Source of the DNA: Bacteroidales bacterium | GTDB lineage: Bacteria; Bacteroidota; Bacteroidia; Bacteroidales; NBLH01 | Assembly: GCA_050291445.1 (NCBI GenBank) | Contig: JBNKJW010000091.1 | Coordinates: 1,659 to 65,658 of the forward strand | Direction of reading: 5' to 3' | Length of the DNA: 64,000 nt | Shown here: positions 18,528 to 25,924 of the stretch, piece by piece | Layout of the letters: each line of letters starts with the position of its first letter | How positions within the stretch are numbered: the stretch's first letter is position 1 | Program-made: the position numbers and the translations under genes | Notes under the pieces: generated by a model | Seen by the model: only the letters and a program-made list of their open reading frames with translations | Databases searched by the model: none | Told to the model about the DNA's origin: nothing

Positions 18528-20110
18528 TAATGTGATCCTCCACTAACGCAAGCTGAATGACAAGCTGAATGGCATGCCGAATGACATGCAGAGTGACATG
18601 CCGAATGACAAGCCGAATGGCAGGCATCATGACATACATTGATATCCTGCAAAATATCCACTGATGGTGCTGTTAAATGATCTGTATCTATTGGGATATC
18701 ATACTCATACTGATGAGGATTGCGGTAATGATACCTGTAATTGAAATAATTAATGTTTCCATAGTACCAGTGGTACCATAAATGGTTTGAGTTTTCCTGA
18801 TAATACTGTTGCTGTTCCTCTTCGGGGATGTTTTTTTTGCCCCAATCACCCATCATTTCGCGATAGTATTTTTTTGTTTCTTCAATATCGCAATCCCAGG
18901 CTTTTTTCTGGATATTTTTAACAATCAGGTTCATCATGTCTTCTAGTTCCTGTTGCGAAAATTCACCATCATCGGCCAATGAATCGTAAAGTTGCTTTTC
19001 GTAAACACCTAAAACACTTGTATCAGGTCCAGGAATAACTTCTACTTTTAAAGGAGATTTTGTTATTACTTTTAAAAACTGCTCATTTTCAAGAATGCTT
19101 ACCATTCCACTTAGGATACTTTTGAATGGAACTTCAAGATAAAAAGTAGCTTCTAATGGGGTTAAATCCATGCATATTTTCCCATCGATATGATAATGCG
19201 AAAGGGTGAGTTTAGGTGGTGTCCAGTCCAGTCTGCCCCAGTCAATTTCGCTAAGGCCTTCTTTGGCTTTTACCATTGATTTATGCTTGCGCCCAACTAT
19301 CAGGTAAAAAATGGCAATAACTACAAGCACCAAAACAATAAAAATGCCCCTGTCTGCCTTTTTTTCGCTCATCGGGACAAAATCAGTACTGTCATACATT
19401 TCTGTATTTCCTAAATTGAACCAATGTGCAGGCATGTAAAATTGGGTGCGCATATGAAACCTTACCGGAGGATACTCTTTATGAAAAACCAGCATCAGTT
19501 TGCCACTTTTACTTTTTTGGTAATCAACCAAAAACTTTTTGTTGACAAACTTCTCGGTCATTATGATGTTCTGGCCCATGTAATAATCCCGTAAAACGGG
19601 GTAGCCTTCCACAGCTTGCTCAGGCAAAATAACTTTTAATGTGTAGTGTTGCATGTTGTGGGCTTCATCCCACTTAACAGGCGACCAGTTAAATACAGTG
19701 AGCATTTGACCATCATCCTTTTGAGTATTAACCAGGTAGCCTGCAGTATTAAAATTGGTCGAAAAATAAAAAACATAAGTAAGATTACCGCTTGAAACAC
19801 CTTTGCCATCTGCAAGAATAATATCCCATTTTTCAGAATCGTATTTGTATATTTTTAACTTGTAGCGATTTCCAAAATCATCAACTGCATAAGATTCATC
19901 TGAAAACTCTTGAATATCAAGCCGCTCATTGCCTTTAAAGTAAAAACCATGCATTTCGCCCGATACTATTTTGTATTGTACAACATAGGCAACATTAGCT
20001 TCACCGTTTTTACTAAGTTCTACCGTTGTTTCAACAAAATTGATGGTGCCGCTTCCTGCAAAAAGATGAAGTGTAAGCAGCATAAAGAAAAGAATACAAC
20101 AAGTACGCAT
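18527..20110 (-). CDS. single-pass membrane protein (DUF2207-like ectodomain) with a C-terminal (Cys-His-Ser-Ala) tandem-repeat tail
   Basis: 527 aa. Signal peptide, then an ectodomain (INFVETTVELSKNGEANVAYVVQYKI..HGFYF). One TM helix, GIFIVLVLVVIAIFYLIVG, followed by RKHK. A Tyr/His-rich segment. The tail is DINVCHDACHSACHSACHSACHSACHSACHSACVSGGSH*. Its stop overlaps the radical SAM gene start (TAATG at 18527). Confidence 0.8.
   Translation of the reverse strand: MRTCCILFFMLLTLHLFAGSGTINFVETTVELSKNGEANVAYVVQYKIVSGEMHGFYFKGNERLDIQEFSDESYAVDDFGNRYKLKIYKYDSEKWDIILADGKGVSSGNLTYVFYFSTNFNTAGYLVNTQKDDGQMLTVFNWSPVKWDEAHNMQHYTLKVILPEQAVEGYPVLRDYYMGQNIIMTEKFVNKKFLVDYQKSKSGKLMLVFHKEYPPVRFHMRTQFYMPAHWFNLGNTEMYDSTDFVPMSEKKADRGIFIVLVLVVIAIFYLIVGRKHKSMVKAKEGLSEIDWGRLDWTPPKLTLSHYHIDGKICMDLTPLEATFYLEVPFKSILSGMVSILENEQFLKVITKSPLKVEVIPGPDTSVLGVYEKQLYDSLADDGEFSQQELEDMMNLIVKNIQKKAWDCDIEETKKYYREMMGDWGKKNIPEEEQQQYYQENSNHLWYHWYYGNINYFNYRYHYRNPHQYEYDIPIDTDHLTAPSVDILQDINVCHDACHSACHSACHSACHSACHSACHSACVSGGSH
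18548..18634 (-). repeat. in-frame 12-nt tandem repeat (7 units plus a final Cys codon) encoding CHDA-(CHSA)x6-C
   Basis: Read codon by codon on the minus strand. The units differ by synonymous changes: Cys TGT/TGC, His CAT/CAC, Ser TCA/TCG/TCT, Ala GCT/GCA/GCC. Confidence 0.9.
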
Positions 20111-20311
20111 TTTTAAAAAGTTTGATTTTGGCCAATAAAAATAACGATTTATAACTTTTTAGCTCAACAAACAGGGTAATTTAGGATGATTCTAAAGAAG
20201 AGGAATTCGCTCAACATAGAATCAAAACTATTCCAATACCATTTCTTAAAACAAATTGATACTTTTGTACAGTTTTTTAATATTGACAAATCAATAATTT
20301 CAGGTTTTAAA

Positions 20312-20851
20312 ATGCAACAAACAGAACAGAAATTTACCCAATTATTTGAAAAAGAACAACTTAAAAACATTGATTTTTACAGCATTGATGGGAATTATTT
20401 ATCCTTTGATGAGAAGAACGAATGGATTTTTAGGGGAGGTATAGAGTTTATTTTTGAATCATACACCATTAGTATAGGTTGGAACAACGAGATGCATTTA
20501 AATGAAATGGTTGAGGGTGAGCTTGATGATTTAATTGGTGAATTGGACGTGTATGACTTAGAATTAGGGGAGCTTGCAACTATTGAGAAGCTTAAAGGGC
20601 AAAAAGTTAAAAATATTGACTTTAAATGGACTTTTTATCAGGAAATGGATGAAGAAATGGAGCTGACCGATGAAAAAACATACATTCCTCAGGAACTTAA
20701 GCTAGAATTTGAAGATGGGACGAAAATGCAGGTTGCGGGCATTGTCTTCCAGCTTAAAGATAATCAAATACATAACCCAGTTTATGATCCGCAAAGCATG
20801 CTAATGATAACTGTTGACAAAGAGGTTGAAATTGCTGAAATGGAAGAATGA
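20312..20851 (+). CDS. hypothetical acidic cytoplasmic protein
   Basis: The track ORF begins at 20186 with a non-ATG start. I prefer the ATG at 20312 (MQQTEQKF) because a TACTTTTG -7 box lies at 20260-20267, inside the longer ORF. I recognise no family. Confidence 0.55.
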   Translation: MQQTEQKFTQLFEKEQLKNIDFYSIDGNYLSFDEKNEWIFRGGIEFIFESYTISIGWNNEMHLNEMVEGELDDLIGELDVYDLELGELATIEKLKGQKVKNIDFKWTFYQEMDEEMELTDEKTYIPQELKLEFEDGTKMQVAGIVFQLKDNQIHNPVYDPQSMLMITVDKEVEIAEMEE

Positions 20852-21054
20852 TTAATGACATCATAGTTGTTGGACATTATTCATTTTAGCCAATTATTAA
20901 AAATGTTTATTGATATATTTGTATATTTGTATATCGATCTTTGCTTTTTTCTCTCTTAAATGCACAAATAAACAAAAATACTGATAATCAACGAGTTAAA
21001 ATTGCAATGAAAAGACATTGATACCTAATTGCTAACTTCTAATTTCTAAAAATT

Positions 21055-21444
21055 ATGGACTATTCAATTAATAAAAAACTACCCGGAAAATCTTTTGATG
21101 AGGCTATTTCGTTGGTTACTGAACTACTTAAAAATGAAGGTTTTGGAATTATAACTGAAATAGACATAACCAGCACACTGAAAGAAAAAATAAGTGTAGA
21201 CTTCAGAAAGTATAAAATTTTAGGAGCCTGTAATCCACATTTTGCTTATGAATCGATAAAGGTGGAGGATAAAATTGGTGTTTTTCTACCATGCAATGTG
21301 GTTGTTCAGGAACATGAAAGCGGAGAGGTTGAAGTTTCGGCAATGGATCCAATAGTTGCAATGAGCCCTGTTGAAAATCCGTTAATGGTAGATTTTGCAA
21401 AAGAGATAAGAGAAAAGCTGTACAACGTAATAGAAAACCTGTAA
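21055..21444 (+). CDS. DUF302-family protein
   Basis: 129 aa. The size and the pattern GFGIITEIDITSTLKEK...YKILGACNP are typical of DUF302. Confidence 0.75.
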   Translation: MDYSINKKLPGKSFDEAISLVTELLKNEGFGIITEIDITSTLKEKISVDFRKYKILGACNPHFAYESIKVEDKIGVFLPCNVVVQEHESGEVEVSAMDPIVAMSPVENPLMVDFAKEIREKLYNVIENL

Positions 21445-22184
21445 TGAGCAAGTTTGCTGTATTATCTGATATTCATGGCAATTCATGGGCATTAAAAGCT
21501 GTTTTGGATGATTTATTGGCACGAAACATTGATTTAGTTGTTAACCTTGGCGATGTTTTATACGGCCCACTAGATCCAAAGGGAACATTTGAAATTTTGC
21601 AAACAATTGAAACGATTGGAATTTGTGGGAACCAGGACAGGCTATTGCTTGAGAACATTGATAAAAAAGTGGATAACCAAACCATGAATTTTGTTTTTAG
21701 CCAATTGGATAATGCAGCAATTGACTATCTAAAAAACTTAACTTTTGATCATCATCATAGTTCAGGTGTTTATTTTTGCCATGCATCGCCACACAAAGAT
21801 GATGAATACCTAATAGAAAAACTTTTTAAAACGCATGTTGGAATAAAAGAAAACCACGAAATAGATGCAGTCTTAGAAAATATTGACGAAAAAGTGGTAG
21901 TTTGTGGGCACAGCCACCAACCCAAGGTGGTAAAAACGGGCAAAAAGCAGATCATTAACCCTGGAAGTGTTGGCCTGCCTGCATATGATGACGAATTGCC
22001 TATTTTTCATAAAATGGAAACACATTGCCCTGATGCAAACTATTGCATTCTAACCCTTGAAAATAACGAAGTTAAGAATATTGATTTGGTTGCCGTTTCC
22101 TACGATTTTGAATCTGCAGCTAACATGGCCCAAAAAAATAACCGTCCGGACTGGGCTAAATGGCTTAGAACCGGACGAGGATAA
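21444..22184 (+). CDS. metallophosphoesterase-family protein
   Basis: 246 aa. Calcineurin-like motifs SDIHGN, GDVLYG, GNQD and GHSH. Its start overlaps the upstream stop (TAATG). Confidence 0.85.
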   Translation: MSKFAVLSDIHGNSWALKAVLDDLLARNIDLVVNLGDVLYGPLDPKGTFEILQTIETIGICGNQDRLLLENIDKKVDNQTMNFVFSQLDNAAIDYLKNLTFDHHHSSGVYFCHASPHKDDEYLIEKLFKTHVGIKENHEIDAVLENIDEKVVVCGHSHQPKVVKTGKKQIINPGSVGLPAYDDELPIFHKMETHCPDANYCILTLENNEVKNIDLVAVSYDFESAANMAQKNNRPDWAKWLRTGRG

Positions 22185-22213
22185 TATATAAGCAATAGTC
22201 AAAAGGTTTTCTG

Positions 22214-22570
22214 CTAAATGTCCCTCATTAATTCACCAAGCCGAACCAATTCTTTTTTAACCTGGCTAATGCCAATTAAACCACCAGACATTCCACTTGA
22301 ATGTTTGGTTACTCTGAGATCAATGGAAGAATCAGCTTCTTGCATTTGAACCATGAACTTAAAATATTTTACAAACGCCCCAAAAAGAATACGCATGGTT
22401 CGGTTTCCTTTTTCGTAAACCGAATTGGTACCGCCACCTTCTACCAATTTATAGCCATTTGCTAACAAGGTTTCATCAACAGACTTGGTAAGGGTACCCA
22501 TATCAACACCTTCATATTTATGGATAAAATAATCACCGGTACTTTGAACATTTTCTTTAAAATAAGCCAT
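22214..22570 (-). CDS. hypothetical protein
   Basis: 118-aa ORF that overlaps no other gene. No recognisable motif. Confidence 0.55.
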   Translation of the reverse strand: MAYFKENVQSTGDYFIHKYEGVDMGTLTKSVDETLLANGYKLVEGGGTNSVYEKGNRTMRILFGAFVKYFKFMVQMQEADSSIDLRVTKHSSGMSGGLIGISQVKKELVRLGELMRDI

Positions 22571-22707
22571 GATTCCTAGATTTAGTTAAATAATAATAAA
22601 ATTAAAGTTAATAATGTTTTTAGGTTTCTCAAAAAGGAGAATGATGAGTTTTTCAATGAGCTTTCAATGTAATTCAAAAAGCAACTATATTGCGTTTCAA
22701 AAAAATC

Positions 22708-23075
22708 ATGTTTAAGAACAAAGATTTAACGGCTATTCTTTTACTTTCATGCCCCGACAGAATGGGATTGGTTTCGCGTATTTCTCTTTTTATTTTTGAA
22801 AGAGGCGGAAACATTACAAACATCCAATAACACACTGATAATAAGATTAATACTTTCCTTTATTCGGGTTGCCTGGAAGAATTACCTGAGGAACTTGCCC
22901 CATTTGGAAAAGAGTTTAAAGCAAAGTGGAAGATTCGTTTTAGCGAGAAAAACTAAGAGCCGCAATTTTTGTGTCGAAGTTTGAACATTACTTGCAGGAT
23001 ATTCTTTGGCGGCATAGCATTGGTGAGTTTAATATTGAAATCCCGTTAGTGGTTTCAAACCACGAAAAGTTGAGA
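22708..23075 (+). pseudogene. purU: formyltetrahydrofolate deformylase fragment with frameshifts, a nonsense codon and 3' truncation
   Basis: Frame 0 reads MFKNKDLTAILLLSCPDRMGLVSRISLFIFERGGNITNIQ, then TAA at 22828-22830. Frame +1 reads SFIRVAWKN. Frame 0 resumes with LPEELAPFGKEFKAKWKIRFSEKN, then TAA at 22954-22956. Frame +2 reads AAIFVSKFEHYLQDILWRHSIGEFNIEIPLVVSNHEKL. The formyltransferase domain (about 170 aa) is missing. Confidence 0.75.
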
Positions 23076-23449
23076 GGGCTAAAAAATAAGGACGGCTGCC
23101 CAACCGTCCTTTACAAACTCAATTAACCTAAAACAAAATTATTTGATTATCTTAGGTTCAACAAATTTAAATAATTTCTGTTAATAAATGATCATTACTT
23201 TTCTGTTTTTTTATGTTATGATTATCAGTTTGTTGATGTTTTTTATAGAACCAAACTGACAGTCAACTATTTGTATGTAATCTTATGATTGCAGTACTAG
23301 CCAAAAAGTAATCCAACATCGTTAAATTTTGTTAAAAGCCTGAGTTTGTGACGGTAAAAGTCTTATTTTTGTTCTGAATGAGCGGGTAAGATTTCTGCTT
23401 ATTAACCTGGCATCTTGATTGTGGCAGGAGTATCAAAAATCTTAAATTT

Positions 23450-24976
23450 GTGAAAAGGCAATACATTTGGATTCTTATTTTATTGATGTCGGTTGCACTA
23501 CTTGGATTAATTGTGGTGCAATTCAGATGGATACAAAATGCCATAAAGGTTGAAAAGAGAAAGTTCAACTCATTGGTTGAGAAAAGCTTATCCGAAATTG
23601 TAGATAAAATTGCTGAAAGGGAAACAGTACTATACAAAGAAAAGGAAATTATTTCTTTTAGCGATAAAAATGATGCCTATCGCTTGTCGGATCAGGTAAA
23701 TACTGAATTGCTCGACAGCTCAAAACATCTGCTAACTAAACCTCAGATAACCATTTCGGTTAAAGATTCTAATTTCTACCGGATTACTAATGGCAAGCTT
23801 GATGAAGATGCTGAACCTGAGTTAATTACCAAAGAGGATATTCGAACAAAAGAATTAAATAGGTTCACCAATGAATTAATTTATGTTGATAACTTTACAA
23901 ACCGGTTGGTGCGAAAAGAGATTAATCTAAAACAACGTATTTCTCAAGGTGCATTAGAAGTTATTATTAAAATTGTTTTTAAGAATAACAACATCGATTT
24001 AGGTTACGAATATGCGGTTGCTAAGGAAAATGAGAGTGAGCTGTTTAAATCTGCAAATTTTGATTTAAGTACAGAGCCCAGAGTGTACCAGAAGTTATTA
24101 TTCCCCGATGATGAGCTAGCAGAAGATATTCTGGATGATAATTATACCTTGTTGGTTTATTTTCCAAACGAGAATTCCAGTTTTGATTCCTTACCTGCAA
24201 TTGTAATTACTTCAATTGTGCTAACACTTGTTATTTTAGGAATTTTTATACTTACTACCTATATTATTTTAAGACAAAAGCGCATTTCTGAAATAAAAAA
24301 TGATTTTATTAACAACATGACCCATGAGTTGAAAACACCAATTTCAACCATTTCTTTAGCTTCGCAAATGCTTAAAGATTCATCAATTTCAGAAAAGGAT
24401 AAAAATTACAGGCAAATATCGGTCATTATTGATGATGAAAGCAAAAGGCTGGGCTTTCACGTTGAAAAAGTGCTTCAAATGGCCATAATTGATAAAGGAG
24501 GGGTGGAGCTAAAATGTAAAAAAATTAATTTGCATGAGCTTATTGAGCAAATACTATTAAATATCAACCTAAAACTTACCGAAAAAAACGGCAGGATTAC
24601 ACCAAACCTAAAGGCTCAAAAAGTAGAAGTTTTAGCAGATGAGCTGCATCTTTCAAATGTATTCACTAATTTACTCGACAACGCAATAAAATATAGCAAA
24701 CAAAACCCTTTAATAGAGGTAGATACCAAAAACATTAACGGACATGTAGTAGTTTCGATAAAAGATAATGGAATAGGTATAAGAAAAGAAAATCAAAAGA
24801 AGGTTTTTGAGAAATTCTACCGCGTACCAACTGGCAATATTCATGATGTGAAGGGGTTTGGACTGGGACTAAGCTATGTAAAAAAGATTGTTGAGCAGCA
24901 CAAAGGCCACATTCACCTGAGTAGTGAAACAGGAAAAGGTTCCGAATTCAAGGTTTACATCCCATTTTTAAAATAA
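23450..24976 (+). CDS. sensor histidine kinase
   Basis: 508 aa. Two TM segments. H-box MTHELKTPIS, N-box NLLDNAIKY, G-boxes DNGIGI and GFGLGLS. The start is a GTG at 23450. An ATG 12 codons downstream is an alternative. Confidence 0.9.
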   Translation: MKRQYIWILILLMSVALLGLIVVQFRWIQNAIKVEKRKFNSLVEKSLSEIVDKIAERETVLYKEKEIISFSDKNDAYRLSDQVNTELLDSSKHLLTKPQITISVKDSNFYRITNGKLDEDAEPELITKEDIRTKELNRFTNELIYVDNFTNRLVRKEINLKQRISQGALEVIIKIVFKNNNIDLGYEYAVAKENESELFKSANFDLSTEPRVYQKLLFPDDELAEDILDDNYTLLVYFPNENSSFDSLPAIVITSIVLTLVILGIFILTTYIILRQKRISEIKNDFINNMTHELKTPISTISLASQMLKDSSISEKDKNYRQISVIIDDESKRLGFHVEKVLQMAIIDKGGVELKCKKINLHELIEQILLNINLKLTEKNGRITPNLKAQKVEVLADELHLSNVFTNLLDNAIKYSKQNPLIEVDTKNINGHVVVSIKDNGIGIRKENQKKVFEKFYRVPTGNIHDVKGFGLGLSYVKKIVEQHKGHIHLSSETGKGSEFKVYIPFLK

Positions 24977-25088
24977 ACATTTTCTTACATTAAAATAGCC
25001 TTCTTAGCAAAATTGGATTTCATAATTGAGATTTTTAAGTTATATTTGTTTAGATTAAGTACAAAATACTCTTACTTAGGATTAAACT

Positions 25089-25784
25089 ATGGAAGGAAAA
25101 ATAAAAATACTATTGGCCGAGGATGATATTAACCTTGGCTCTCTGCTGACCCAATACCTTAATGCCAAAGGCTTTGAGACTGATTTGTTTCCAGATGGTG
25201 AAAAGGCCTATGATGGGTATACAAAAGGACAATATGATATTTGTATACTGGATGTAATGATGCCTAAGAAAGACGGATTTACCCTGGCCAAGGAAATAAG
25301 AATGACAAATAGCAAAATCCCAATTATATTTCTTACTGCAAAAACCCTTAAAGAGGATGTTTTGGAAGGATTTAAAATTGGTGCCGATGATTACATTGCC
25401 AAACCTTTTGTGATGGATGAACTCTTGTTCAGGATTGAAGCTATTATGCGAAGAGTATCCGAAGGTGGTGATGGTAATGCACACAAAGATAAATATGAAA
25501 TAGGTGAATATAATTTTGATGTTAACAAACAATTGCTTCACAAAGGCGAAAATACAATAAAGTTAACCACCAAAGAGTCGGAATTGCTTGCCTTATTATG
25601 CGCTAATAAAAATAATATCCTGGAAAGAAACTTTGCCCTTAAAGCTATCTGGAAAGATGATAACTACTTTAATGCCAGGAGTATGGACGTATACATTACT
25701 AAGTTAAGAAAGCACCTTAACGAAGATCCCTCAATAGAAATAATTAATGTTCATGGTAAGGGGTATAAGTTGATTGTTACTTAA
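25089..25784 (+). CDS. OmpR/PhoB-type response regulator
   Basis: 231 aa. Receiver domain (LLAEDD, DVMMPKKDG, LTAK) plus a winged-helix C-terminus (MDVYITKLRKHL). Confidence 0.9.
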   Translation: MEGKIKILLAEDDINLGSLLTQYLNAKGFETDLFPDGEKAYDGYTKGQYDICILDVMMPKKDGFTLAKEIRMTNSKIPIIFLTAKTLKEDVLEGFKIGADDYIAKPFVMDELLFRIEAIMRRVSEGGDGNAHKDKYEIGEYNFDVNKQLLHKGENTIKLTTKESELLALLCANKNNILERNFALKAIWKDDNYFNARSMDVYITKLRKHLNEDPSIEIINVHGKGYKLIVT

Positions 25785-25802
25785 TATAAGAAATTGGAGT
25801 TT

Positions 25803-25841
25803 TGAAATTAGGACTTTGATACAAACTAAGTTCTAATTTCA
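25803..25841. repeat. AT-rich hairpin built from the CTAA(T/G)TTCTAA motif family; possible terminator
   Basis: TGAAATTAGGACTT (11-nt loop) AAGTTCTAATTTCA, a 14-bp stem with one mismatch. It lies 19 nt after the response-regulator stop. Confidence 0.45.
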
Positions 25842-25924
25842 AATTTCTAAGTTCCATCTCTCCAATAATTTCCTAAAAACAAAGAGTTTCCTATTTTTGC
25901 AATCAATTAAAAAAGCATTGCAAA

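Noticed and set aside
18548-18634. Tandem 12-nt DNA repeat as a CRISPR array or slippage-prone microsatellite
   Set aside because: There are no spacers. The repeat is in frame within a long ORF, and the units differ only by synonymous changes. It is a coding repeat.
18527-18646. Whether the Cys-His-Ser-Ala tail belongs to the known His-Xaa-Ser (HxsA/B/C/D) system or is a SCIFF peptide
   Set aside because: The Hxs system, as I recall it, uses His-Xaa-Ser triplet repeats in a small precursor, two paired radical SAM enzymes and HxsD. Here the period is 4 (C-H-S-A) and there is one rSAM gene. The repeat also sits on a 527-aa membrane protein. SCIFF peptides are about 45 aa. I cannot exclude distant relatedness without HMM searches.
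22796-22984. 62-aa + ORF listed in the track
   Set aside because: It is the +1 frame segment of the purU pseudogene (it contains SFIRVAWKN), not an independent gene.
23088-23111. Hairpin AAGGACGG-N8-CCGTCCTT as a terminator
   Set aside because: On the + strand there is no T-tract. The A-tract upstream would serve only a minus-strand transcript, and no minus-strand gene reads into it. I left it unannotated.
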